Of a stretch of 64,000 nt of DNA, positions 49,051-63,339 are shown piece after piece (positions within the stretch are counted from its first letter, which is position 1; every line of letters starts with the position of its first letter). A model generated the notes under the pieces. The model had not been told where the DNA came from, did not search any database, and was given only the letters and a program-made list of their open reading frames with translations. The position numbers and the translations under genes were made by a program. The stretch is from assembly GCF_009914755.1 (NCBI RefSeq), contig NC_060932.1; one strand, 5' to 3'. This DNA is from the human T2T-CHM13v2.0 reference genome, Homo sapiens.

Positions 49051-49693
49051 TTTCTAATTTTTAAGAATAAAACAATTTCAGTAAATGACACACAAAAAAC
49101 TCTCCAGTTGTTCTTGAGTTCATAGAGAATAATCTCCAGATTCTTTAATATGACAGATAAGAAATTGCATTCTGAACCTCACTTTTCAGCTCATCTCCTG
49201 CTTTTTCACTGTAATACTCTAGCCATAACAATGTATAGTTTTCAAAATTCAACTTTTCTGTCAACTCATGACTATATGTCTTTTCACTTGTTTTATCACT
49301 TGAAAAATGATGATAATGCTTTCTTCATGGGGATCCAGTAAGAATTAACAGATACATGTGCCTTCAGAACGGTGTTGCAATTTAAAAAAAAAAGAATTAA
49401 TTTATACAATGCAAGCAAAGTGTCAATGCCACAAAAGCTCATTAACTGCTACTTTTGGAAATGGCAGAGAAGGTGATTTGGATCAATCTCAGGTAGAAGG
49501 CAACTAGATAAGCTGAAAAAACTTACAAAAATAAATCTGCTTAAAGGCATCTGCGTGTTAACAATGTAGTCAAGAATAACTCAGCCAAAACCCAGAGGAT
49601 AAGAATTCACAGAGGTGACTTCGGCATTTGAGGCTGCTTTTTCCTGAGGCTTTGCTTACGAGAGTCAAAGACACTGGTAAACCCTTCATACCG

Positions 49694-49998
49694 TTTTTTG
49701 TTTTTTTGTTTTTTTTTAGATGGCGCCTCACTCTGTCGCCCAGGCTAGAGTGCAGTGAAATGACCTTGGCTCACTGCAACTCTGCCTCCCGGGTTCAAGT
49801 GATTCTTATCCCTCAGCCTTCCGAGTAGTTGATACTACAGGCACGTGCCACCACACTCGGCTAATTTTTTAAAACTTTTGTAGAGACATGATCTCAGTAT
49901 ATTACCTAGGCTGGTCTCAAGCTCCTAGGCTCAAGCAATCTGCCTGCCCTGGTCTCCAAAATGCTGCGATTACAGCTCTGAGCCACCGTGTCTGGTCA
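49694..49998 (-). mobile_element. AluJ/S (degenerate)
   Basis: Dimer on the minus strand. Confidence 0.87.
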
Positions 49999-50345
49999 GT
50001 AACAATATTCTTGACAATATTCTTGAGAGTCTTATAAGTTCTCAAATTTGAGAAATATAGAATTATTGAATAGAGCCAAAAAAGAATTAGAGGGCAATCT
50101 TCTCAGAGAAGTCTTGAGAAGCTGGAGATCAGAGGCATCATCTCTTTAAAATTACTAATATCTGGAACTCTACTCCTAATTTAGAGTATTCATGCAAAGT
50201 ATAAGCCTCTAATACATATCATTGAAAATTAAGAACCCATGTAAAAATATCAAAGTACTAGTTTTTAATTTCTGTTTAGTTTTTAAATTCTCTAAAACGC
50301 TTAGTATTGCAGAAAAACACTTAACACACAAAAAGTTGCACCTAC

Positions 50346-50479
50346 CCTTTCTCAATCACATCATCCTTAGAAGAACCTGGATACAAAAGCTCCCGCTTCC
50401 AAGGCTTTTGAGTTGCTGTTTTTACTTCAGGTGATTTATTGGGAGATTTAGGAGGTTGTGATAAGCTGAATTCTTCTTT
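50346..50479 (-). CDS. RGS22: RGS22 internal coding exon, 134 nt (KEEFSLSQPPKSPNKSPEVKTATQKPWKRELLYPGSSKDDVIEKG)
   Basis: TTTTAG acceptor, donor AGG|GTAGGT. 44 codons plus 2 nt; phase 2 matches the following exon. Confidence 0.9.
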
Positions 50480-51654
50480 CTAAAAGATGGTAACATAAGC
50501 AAGATGAAAATGAGAGAGAAAAAAGCACAGCTCTGCACCTATACCTCAAATTTGTTCTCATCACTCGAGTACTTTTTCTTTCCCTTTGCCTCCTACAATG
50601 CTTCCCAATAAAATAGAAATTTTTTCTTTCTCCAACTCCTACTTTTATGCAAGCTGCAAAGTGGAATCAAACAGCAATTTAGACTGTAAAAAAGGAAGAG
50701 CAAAAGGCTTATATCCTTACTTCCACCATTGTGAAAGAAGACTCTTTCCTGGAGAAAGAACATTGTAAAAACGATTCTTTATTCTATAACTGAATAGGTA
50801 TTAGAGCTAGATGTATGTATGTGTGGCGAGGGCTGTGTGTGTACTGGGGGGGGTGCGGGTGTCAGCGGTCACAGGGCAGGGAAATGAAACAAAGATACCC
50901 TTGGTCCACATAAGAAGGGCTCTATATCTTAACAGCACTATTTCCTTCCATTTTGGGACATTTATTTCATGGTTATTTTTCCCATTCTTAGAGTTATTTA
51001 TGGTAAAAGTTAACAATTTAAATCCAGAATATGAGATGCATGGATTAAAAAAAGTATAAACAACTAAATGTCCAAATGGAGAATGGGATATACATAAATG
51101 TAACATTATATAATACTTAAAAGTAGTAGTTACAAAAATGATGACACACATGGAAAAATCCTTATGATAAAAGAGATAATCAGAAAACAAAAGTCTAAGT
51201 ACAGTAAAACAAAAAATTCACAGAAGCAGCCTAAAATAAGTTAGTAGTTGTCTGGAAGTAGGTAAGATCAGAAGTGATTTGTCTCTTCTCCAGTTTCCAA
51301 ATTTACAGTAGTTTTATTATTTTTATAATTTCAAAAACAAACATACAAAACTTTTCTAATACGTCAACTTCCATTAGAATACTATATACATTGCAAGAAA
51401 GCAAGGAATATACTTTTAATGTTTTATTATCCAGAACAAACAATAAAACCTTATATATACTCTATGTAATAACTACTAATAATTTTTTCAGAATTCTATA
51501 AAGAAAATTAATAACAAGTATATTCTATATATAACTTCCCATATATAAGGGCTTACATCTGTTTTAGTAATTCAGAACACAGCATGACATTAAACAACAC
51601 TCTATAAATGAGAGTTACCACAAGAGGCTGAGCTTATTATTAAAAGTATATAAT

Positions 51655-51905
51655 ACAAAAGTAGCCAAATTTATAGAAACAGAAAGTAGGGTGGTAGTTA
51701 CCAGGGGCTGTGGGGATGGGGAAAAGGAGAGTTGGTCTTTAATGGGCAGAGTCATATTTGCAAGATGAGAAAGTTCTAGAGATCTGTTTCACAACATTGT
51801 GAATATAACTAATACTATTGAACCCATACATATAAAAAGTGATTAAGATGACAAATTTTATGTGTTCTACCACAATAATTTTTTAAGTTTTCTTAAAATA
51901 AAAAA
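51655..51905 (+). mobile_element. L1MB/MA 3' terminal fragment
   Basis: ATAGAAACAGAAAGTAG..GTTACCAGGGGCTG..GCAAGATGAGAAAGTTCTAGAGATCTG. Confidence 0.75.
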
Positions 51906-52577
51906 AATTAACATATCATGTAGACAAAGGCCTATATTAGACTTTTTGAGCTTGCTGGCTTAGGTGAAAGCTAGAAGTACCCAGAAAGTAACTGATGGGG
52001 ATGGGTGGGGAAACAAAAACAAAACAAAAAAGCCTGAGGAAGGGTCACAGTGGATTGTAGCAGAGGGCGGTATAAAGGAACTGCTCTCCAGCATGAGTGT
52101 GATGGTGGATACACAATGTATACTTTTGTCCAAATTTACAGAACTATACACTAAAAAGGGTGAATTTTGCTGTATATAAGTTATACCTTAGTTTCTGTAT
52201 GGAAAAATAAAATGGAATTGAGCTCTATTCCTTAGAGTATTTTCTGCCAAGGAGACAGAGAGTGAGACCAGAATGAGCTGTCCAACTAGATAACACCAAT
52301 GACAGCATATGGTAATGATTTTCAGGAAGTCAAATGAAAACAACAGATGAGAAGTCAGGTTTATACCACTTTTTCACACAAGCTAATCTCTACCCACTCC
52401 TTTGGCATTGTTCTCTTATTCGAGTTCCTTTCATCAAGCACGTCACTTAATTTTTCTTCCCCCTTTCTTTTCAGCTTAATAACGTTGTTTGTACAAATGT
52501 TCATATGTTATCAGATGATGTGCTCCCTGTACTACAGCTCCAAGATGAGGAAACATTCGTGCACTAAAGTACATTAA

Positions 52578-53092
<515 letters not shown>

Positions 53093-53704
53093 ACAGCAGT
53101 GTTTCACATATGAATCACCTGAGAATCTTAATAAGTTGCAGGTTCTAAAATGTGGCTCTAATGTTCAGGAAGCGTTGAGAACTTCAGTTGTAAGCCAACC
53201 CCCTGATTTTACAGAGTGACCCTGACCCATTCCAGATCAATTAAATCAGAATCTCTGAAGGCGGGACCCCTGTATGTCTGAACAGTTCTGCAGGTGATTC
53301 TAATGTTTCCAGGGTTAAACTACAGACAGGGTTAAGGTCCCTCCAGCTCTACAACACTGCTTGTGGAAGTAAAACTTTAAAAACCACATTATATATCTTC
53401 TGCCTTTTAAAATAAGACATCCTGAATATAAAGCAATCTTTCCAAGAGGTTGTATGTGACTATATGGCCAATAACAGTTAACAGGTGACACCTTTAAGGG
53501 CTACTATGATTAATAAGGCTCTTTACTTCTGAAACACAGGTCGTATCTACAGTTACTGCAGCTCTATGCCAAAATGTAGGGTTATTTATTTCTTCTCTAT
53601 ATAGTTAACTTTTCTTCTCTTTTTGAACTTTCCCCCTTTATATTTTTGTACTGTTTTCCCCATTTGAAAAAATGCTCATGACTTATAATTCAGCTATTGC
53701 TACT

Positions 53705-54262
53705 TCTCACTCATTCATTCAATTTATACTTACTCAGCAACTATTATGTGCCAGGCACTGTTCTAGGCACTGGTGAAATGCACTTAAAGAAAAGTTCTTT
53801 ACATTCTAGTAGGAGGTAAAAGACAATAAATAGATAAATCACATGGTAATAAATATAGTAAAGCAAAATAAAGGAGGGCAAAGGGTATAGATAGTGATGG
53901 AGGGTATGTGTGCTATTCTATGTAAGTGTGCTTATATAGAAATAATAAGCCTCAAGAATAGCCTCTCTGATTAAGTGGCACTTGAGCAGACACCTAAAGG
54001 AAGTGAGAGGGAAAGCCATCTGCATATCTGGAGGAAGAGTGCTCTAAGCAAGGCAAACAGCAAGCACAAAGCCCTGGAGATTTTTCTGTGGTGTCTTCAA
54101 AGAAGAGCAAGGAGACCAATGTGGTTGGAATGCAGTAAGCTAGAGTGGTAGGAAATGAAGTCAGAGGGTTAGCAGGAGCTTATACAACTGTGTAAAGACT
54201 TTGGATTTTATTCTGAGTGAAAAAGAAGACCACTGGAGAATTTTCAGAAGATGAGTGACATG
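53705..54262 (-). mobile_element. L2 3' fragment (resumes at about 55394-55450 after the AT array and AluY)
   Basis: CATTCATTCAA..TATGTGCCAGGCACTGTTCTAGGCAC..GACTTTGGATTTTATTCTGAG. Confidence 0.65.
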
Positions 54263-55393
<1,131 letters not shown>

Positions 55394-55594
55394 TGATTGT
55401 ATATTTTTAAAGGCTCACTTTGGCTGCTTGGTAGAGAACAGACTGTAGGTTTTCTTATTTCCTAAATGTTGCAGCTTGTACATTAGCAAAAATCACAACA
55501 AAGCTTGTAATGAAAATTATCAGTGCACAAACACTCAAGCATACATATTTTACTACAAACTTAGTAGAGATCACAGCATGAATGTACACCCTAC

Positions 55595-55769
55595 CTGGAT
55601 CTCAGGTATCTGTGGAATGCAAGATTTGGGTCTTAATGGCAAGAGGGTTGCCATTTGTGGAAAAGGGTCAATATCCTTCCTTGGTTTTGCTTGACGGAGG
55701 TGCCAGAATTTCAGTTCAGCACTAGCATATTTTGTTGAGGCTGAATGAGTAACACAGAATCTTGGTGCC
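55595..55769 (-). CDS. RGS22: RGS22 internal coding exon, 175 nt (..APRFCVTHSASTKYASAELKFWHLRQAKPRKDIDPFPQMATLLPLRPKSCIPQIPEIQ)
   Basis: CAG acceptor at 55772-55770, donor CAG|GTAGGG. One nt plus 58 open codons; ends in phase 0, matching the next exon. Confidence 0.9.
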
Positions 55770-56048
55770 CTGTTTATTGGAAAAATAAATGTAAGATTGA
55801 ACTAAACAACAAGCCTCAAAAATGAAAAGCCTACAAAATACATAATAGCTGTGCTCACAATTAACAGTCTTGCCATACCTCTTTTCTAACAACTTTTACT
55901 TCTTTCTCTACTACATAGCCTTGAAAAAATATTTTTCTGTGATATGTCAGCTGCCTGCAATCCCATTGACTCATACAAAAAGGCAATATACATTGGGAAA
56001 AACATCATAAGTAAAATTATGTTCAAATTATTAGCTGCTTGATAAGAA

Positions 56049-56733
<685 letters not shown>

Positions 56734-57117
56734 TATAAACATTTTTATAATGCTTAAGTATGCTACTAAAGTAGGTTATAATGCATACTATTTATTTTCA
56801 AGCCTTAAATTTGAAGGTAAGAATTAATTTTACAACAATTTATATAAATCAAAGACCAACATTACTGACAGAAACTTAGGGAAAAGAATGTCTGGCACAA
56901 TATTAAGGCCACACTTAATTGGATAGATATCATGGTATTCAGTATGTGGGCTAACACTTTATTGGATATAGGGTTAACTCCAGCTGTAAGAGCCTGCTGC
57001 TAATTGCTTCTTGGACCAGGTCTTCCCCTTAATGCCACAGCCCAAAGACTAATTCTTATTCCATATTTCAAGGCCTGGTAGAAAATTACTTCCCTTTAAA
57101 ATAGGAAGAATGACTAT

Positions 57118-57420
57118 GCATGATGGCTCATACCTGTAATCCCAGTATTTTGGGAAGCCATGGTGGGAGGATTGCTTGAGGCCAGGAGTTCAAACCAGCC
57201 TGGACAACATACCAAGCTTGTCTCTACAGAAAAATTTTTCAAATTAGCTGAGCATAGTGGCATGTTCCTGTAAGTCCTATCTACTTGGGAAGCTGAGGTG
57301 AGAGGATCACTTGAGCTTAGCAGTTCCAGGCTGCAGTGAGCCATGACCATGCCACTGCAATCCAGCCTGACTGACAAAGTGAAACCTGTCTCTAAGAAAA
57401 TTTAAAAAATTTTAAAAATA
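57118..57420 (+). mobile_element. AluJ
   Basis: Degenerate dimer; TSD-like AAAATAGGAA. Confidence 0.85.
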
Positions 57421-57654
57421 AAATAGGAAAAAGATGGATATCTCTCCTGATATGGACACAGATTGGGAGTGAAAGAGAATCCAAAGTCCATAATTAGTTT
57501 AGGATCAGAAAGCATTTGGTATAGATCTCTGTGGTCATTCTCTACTGTGTTTCAGAACCTTTACTTGCAGACTTGGAAATATTCAAAATTACTTATTTGC
57601 ATGTCAACCAGTAAGGGGGCATATCTATAGACTTTTATCAAATAAATCATACAT

Positions 57655-58357
57655 GGGATGGCTGGCAGAACTCCTCATGGCCCATGGTGATGGTGGTTGT
57701 GGGGTAAGGCTCCTCCACCTTTGGAAAGTGGAAGGAACAGTGGGAAGCACTACAAGTTATGCTTTGAGTGTCAGCTCAGCCACAGTACAATAGAACACCA
57801 GGTAGACTTCTAAGGTGCTTGACTCCAGTCCCTGACTCCTGGATGGCACCTCTGGACCCACCTAGGGCCTGTGGGAACTTGCCACCCTGAAGGGAAGGAC
57901 ACAAGCCTGGCTGGCTTTGCCACCTGCTAATTGTAGAGCCCAGGGCTTTGAGCAAACATACACAGTAGCCAGGGGGTGGTTACAGCAGGGCTTGGGCAAG
58001 ACCCAGTGATATGCTAGCTTCAGATCTGACCCAGCACAGTCATAGTGGTGGTAGCTGCACTCCACTCCCAGCTTTAGGTGGCTCAGAACAGAAAGAGAGA
58101 CTCTATTTGGGAGAAAGTAAGGGAAGAGAACAAAAGTCTCCACTTGGGGTCCAGAGGATTCTCCCAGATATTGTCCGAGACCATCCAGGAGGTACCTCTA
58201 TGAGTTTGCAAGAACAACAGCATTACTAACCTTAGGGTGCCCCCTAAAGCAGATACAGCTTATATCACAATACCCAAGTCCTTTCAAATATCTGGAAAGC
58301 CTTCCCAAGAAGGATGGGTACAAAAAAGCCCAGGTAGTGAAGACTACAATATCTACC
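57655..58357 (+). mobile_element. Old L1 (L1MA/L1M1-type) 5' region, left of the THE1 insertion
   Basis: Sequence continues across the THE1 (..GACTACAAT..|..AACTCTTCAATGCCCAGACAC) into L1 ORF1. Confidence 0.7.
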
Positions 58358-60588
58358 TCATATGGTTTGGCTCTGTGTCCCCACCCAAATCTCACCTTGA
58401 ATTATAATTCCCACGTGTCATGGGAGGGATCCGATGGGAGGTAACTGAATCATGGGGGCAGGTCTTTCCCATGCTGTTCTCCTGGTTGTGAATAAGTCTT
58501 ACAGTTCCCCTGCACAAGTTCTTTTGCCTGCTGCCATGTAAGATATCCCTTTGCTCTTCCTTTGTTTTCTACCATGATTGTGAGGCCTTTCCAGCCATGT
58601 GGAACTGTGAGTTCATTAAACCTCTTTGCTTTATATATTACCCAGTCTCGGGTATGTCTTTATTAGCAGCATAAGAATGAACTAATACAGTAAATTGGTA
58701 CCAGTAGAGTGGGGTGCTGCTGTAAAGATACTGAAAATGTGGAAGCAACTTTGGAACTGGGTAACAGGCAGAGGTTGGAACAGTTTGGAGGGCTCAGAAG
58801 AAGATAGCAAGATGTGGCAAAGTCTGGAACTTCCTAGAGACTTGTTGAATGGGATTGACCAAAATGGTGATAGTGTGGACAATAAAGTCCTGGTTGAGGT
58901 GGTCTCAGACGGAGATGAGGAATTTGTTGGGACATGGAGCAAAGGTGACTCTTGCTATGTTTTAGCAAAGAGACTGGTGGCATTTTGCCCCTGCCCCAGA
59001 GATCTGTGGAACTTTGAACTTGAGAGAGATGATTTAGGGTATCCGGGGGAAAAAGTTTCTAAGCAGCGAAGCATTCAAGGGGAAGCAGAGCATAAAAGTT
59101 TGGAAAATTTGCAGCCTGATGATGCGACAGAAAAGAAAACCCATTTTCTAGGGAGAAATTCAAGCTGGCTGCAGAAATTTGCATAAGTAATGATGAGCCA
59201 AATGTTAATCGCCAAGACAATGGAGAAAATGTCTCCAGGGCATGTCAGAGACCTTCACGGCAGCCCCTCCCATCATAGGCCTGGAGGCCTAGGGGAAAAA
59301 AAATGTTTTTGTGGGCTGGGGCCCAGGGTCCCCCTGCTGTGTACAGCCTAGGGACTTGGTGCCCTGTGTTCCAGCTGCTCCAGCCATGGCTAAAGGGGGG
59401 CAAGGCACAGCTTGGGCCATGGCTTCAGAGGGTGCAAGTCCCTCTGAAGCCTTGGCAGCTTCCACATGGTGTTGAGCCTGCAGGTGCACAGAGGTCAGGA
59501 ATTGAGGTTTGGGAAACTCTGCCTAGATTTCAGAGTATGTACGGAAACTCCTGGATGTCCAGACAGAAGTTTGCTGCAGGGGCGGGGCACTCATGGAGAA
59601 CCTCTGCTAGAGCAGTGAGGAAGGGAAATGTGGTGTTGGAGCCCCCACAGAGTCCCCACTGGGGCACTGCCTAGTGGAGCTGTGAGAAGAGGGCCACCAT
59701 CCTCCAGACCCCGGAATGGTAGATCCACCAACAGTTTGCACTGTGTGCCCGGAAAAGACGCAGACACTCAATGCCAGCCCATGAAGGCAGTCGGGAGGGA
59801 GGCCATACACTGCAAAGCCACAGGGGCAGAGCTGCCCAAGACCATGTGAACCCACCTCTCAGATCAGCATGACCTGGAGGTGAGACATAGAATCAAAGGA
59901 GATCATTTCAGAGCTTTAAGATTTGGCTGTCCTGCTGGATTTTGGACTTGCATGGGGCCTGTAGCCCTTTCGTTTTGGCCAATTTTTCCCAATTAGAGTG
60001 GGTTTATTTACGTCATTCCTGTACCTCCATTGTATCTAGGAAGTAACTGACTTGCTTTTGATTTTACAGGCTCATAGGCAGAAGGGACTTGCCTTGTCTC
60101 AAATGAGACTTTGGACTGTGGACTTTTGAGTTAATGCCAAAATGAGTTAAGACTTTGGGGACTGCTGGGAAGGCACGATGGTGTTTTGAAATGTGAAAGG
60201 AACATTAGATTTCTGGGAGGGGCCAGGGGAGGAATGATGTGATTTGGCTTTGTGTCCCCACCCAAATCTCACCTTGAATTGTAATAATTCCCATGGGTCA
60301 TGGGAGGAACCCAGTGGGAGGTAATGGAATCGTGTGGGTGGGTCTTTCCCATGCTGGTCTTGTGGTAGTGAATAAGACTCATGAGATCTGATTTTTATAA
60401 ATGGGAGGTCCCCTGCACAAGCTGTCTTGCCTGCTGCCATGTAAGACATCCCTTTGCTCTTCCTTTGTATTCTGCCATGATTGTGAGGCCTCCCCAGTCA
60501 CATGGATCTGTGAGTCCAATCAACCTCTTTCCTTTATATATTACTCAGTCTCAGGCATGTCTTTATTAGTAGCATGAGAATGGACTAA
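58358..60588 (+). mobile_element. THE1 (THE1C/D-like) MaLR LTR element: 5' LTR 58358-58689, internal region 58690-60234, 3' LTR 60235-60588
   Basis: Two similar LTRs beginning T(G/C)AT(A/G)TG(G/A)TTTGGCT..GTGTCCCCACCCAAATCTCACCTTGAATT. Internal region starts GTAAATTGGTACCAG; polypurine stretch before the 3' LTR. Confidence 0.92.
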
Positions 60589-62548
60589 CTCTTCAATGCC
60601 CAGACACTAAAGAACATCTACTAGCTCAACATCATCCAGGAAAAAACAACCTCACCAAATGAATGAAATATGGCAACAGGGACCAATTCTGGAGAAACAG
60701 AGATATGTGACCTTTCAGACAGAGAATTCAAAATAGCTGTGTTAAGAAAACTCAAAGAAATTCAAGATAACACAGAGAAGAAATTCAAGATTCTATCAGA
60801 TAAATTTAACAAAGATATTAAAATTGTTAAACAGAATCAAGCAGCAATTCTGGAGCTGAAAAATGCAACTCACATTTTGAAGAATGTATCAGAGTCTTAA
60901 CAGCATAATTGATCAAGAAGAAAGAATCAGTGAGCTTGAAGACAGGCTATTTGAAAATACACAGAGGAGACAAAAAAAAAACAACAACAACAACAATAAA
61001 GCATGCCTAAACAGTCTCAAAAGGGCAAATCTAAGAGTTATTGGCCTTAAAGAGGAGGTAGAAAAGAGATAGGGGTAGAAAGTTTATTCAAAGGGATAAT
61101 AACAGAGAACTTCTCAAACCTAGAGAAAGATATCAATATCCAAATATAAGAAGGTTATAGAACACCAAGCAGATTTAACCCAAAGAAGACCACCACAAGG
61201 CATTTAATACTCAAACTCCCAAAGGTCAAAGATAAAGAAAGGAACCCAAAAGCAGCAAGAAAAATAAACAATATACAGGGAGCTCTAATACATCCAGCAG
61301 CTGACTTTTCAACAGAAACATTATAGGCCACGAGAGAGTGGCATGACATATTAAAAGTAATGGCAAAAACTGCAATAACTTTTGCACCAACCTAATATTT
61401 AACGTGCTGAAGGAAAAAACTTTTACCCTAGCATAGTATATCCAACAAAAATATCCTTCAAATATGAAGGAGAAATAAAGACTTTCCCAGACAAACAAAA
61501 GCTGAGGGATTTCATCAACACAAGACCTGTCCTACAAGAAATGCTAAAGGGAGTATTTCAATCAGAAAGAAAAGAATGTTAATGAGCAATAAGTAATCAC
61601 CTGAAGGTATAAAACACACAGGTAATAAATAGCAAGTAAACAGAAAAACACAGAATATTATAACACTGTAATAGTGATATGTAAACTACTTTTATACCAA
61701 GTAGAAAGACTAAACAATGAACCAATCAAAATTAATAATTACAGCACCTTTTCAAGACATAGACAGTACGGTAAGATATAAACAGAAACAACAAAACATT
61801 TAAAAGTGGGGAGGACAAAGTTAAAGAAGTTTTCTTTTTGCTTGTGTGTTTATGCAGTGTTAAGTTCTCATCAGGTTAAAATAATGGATTATAAGATAGT
61901 ATTTGCCAGCCTCATGGTAACCTCAAACCAAAAAACATACAATGGATACACAAGAAATAAAAAGCAAGAAACTAAATCATATCAACAGAGAAAATCACAT
62001 TCACTAAAGGGAGATAGGAAGGAAGGAAGGAAAGAAAGAACACCACAAAACAACCAGAAAACAACAAAATGGCAGAAGTCCTTACTTATCAATAATGATA
62101 TTGATGTAAATGGGCTAAACTCTCCAATCAAAAGACACAGTGGCTGAATGGATGAAAACACAAGACCCATTGATATGGTGCCTACAAGAAACACACTTCA
62201 CCTACAAAGACACATACAAACTAAAAATAAAGGGATGGAAAAACATGTTCCATGTCAATGGAAACAAAAAAAAAAAAGCAGGAGTAGCTATACTTCTATC
62301 AGACAAAACAGATTTCAAGACAAAAACTGTAAGAAGAGACAAAGAAGGTCACTATATAATGATAAAGGGGTCAATTCAGTAAGAGGATATAACAATTTTA
62401 AATATATATGTACCCAACACTGGAGCACTCTGATATATAAAGGAAATATTATTAGAACTACAAAGAGAGATAGGTCCCAATGCAACAATAGCTGGAGACT
62501 TCAACCTCTGACTTTCAGCATTGGACAGATCCTCCAGAGAGAAAAATA
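60589..62548 (+). mobile_element. Old L1 (L1MA-type) ORF1, inter-ORF region and ORF2 endonuclease start
   Basis: Translations DLSDREFKIAVLRKLKEIQ, EERISELEDRLFE and LQETHF..LKIKGWK, with many stops. Confidence 0.9.
61350..61395. mobile_element. Half MADE1 (Hsmar1 mariner MITE), solo terminal inverted repeat
   Basis: AAAAGTAATGGCAAAAACTGCAATAACTTTTGCACCAACCTAA followed by TA; interrupts L1 ORF1 at a TA. Confidence 0.85.
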
Positions 62549-62689
62549 ACAAAGAAATTGTATCAAAGTCAATGTCCTCATTGTGATATTGTACTATAGT
62601 TATGCAAGATGTTACCATTGGGGAAAAATATATGAAAGATACACAGTATATCTTTGTATTATTTCTTTTTTAATTTTTCTTTATTTTAA

Positions 62690-62826
62690 AAAAATGGTTT
62701 TAATAAAATAGAGATGGAGTCTTACTGTGTTGCCCAGGCTGGTCTCAAATTCCTCGCCTCAAGCGATCCTCCTGCCTCAGTCTCCCAAAGTGCTGAGATT
62801 ACAGGCATGAGCCATCATGCTTAGCC
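62690..62826 (-). mobile_element. FLAM-like Alu monomer
   Basis: Left-arm monomer on the minus strand. Confidence 0.78.
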
Positions 62827-63200
62827 TTCTTTGACTATAAGTTTACAGTTATCTTAAAATAAAAAGTCTACTGTAGATAAGTGACACAATCAGATCGATC
62901 ACACTCACATGGAACAATTCACCGATCTTCAAATGGTATATATTTTTTTCCACTATGCCCATTCTCTTTCCCTTGCTTCAAGTCCCTCAAGTTCCCAGGT
63001 AAAATATTACCTCCTCTCTATATCCTGTGCATATACCATACTTTCTTTTATTATACTAATGTCACATGTATGTTCTTCCCATCACACTATGACCACAAGG
63101 ATTTGATCATGTTTCACCCTTGTATTCTCAGCATAGCACTTAGTCTATAGTAATACTCAAAAAAAGTTTATTAAGATGATAAATCTGCAACTTTAGCTAC

Positions 63201-63203
<3 letters not shown>

Positions 63204-63278
<75 letters not shown>
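63204..63278. repeat. Compound microsatellite (TA)28(CA)9
   Basis: Directly visible, uninterrupted. Confidence 0.97.
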
Positions 63279-63339
63279 GCACCCCAACTTTATGAAATAC
63301 CAATCATAAAAATGTCACATATAGAAGAATGTGCTCCAA

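Noticed and set aside
58695-59186. 163-aa ORF
   Set aside because: THE1 internal-region remnant ORF; no evidence of exaptation.
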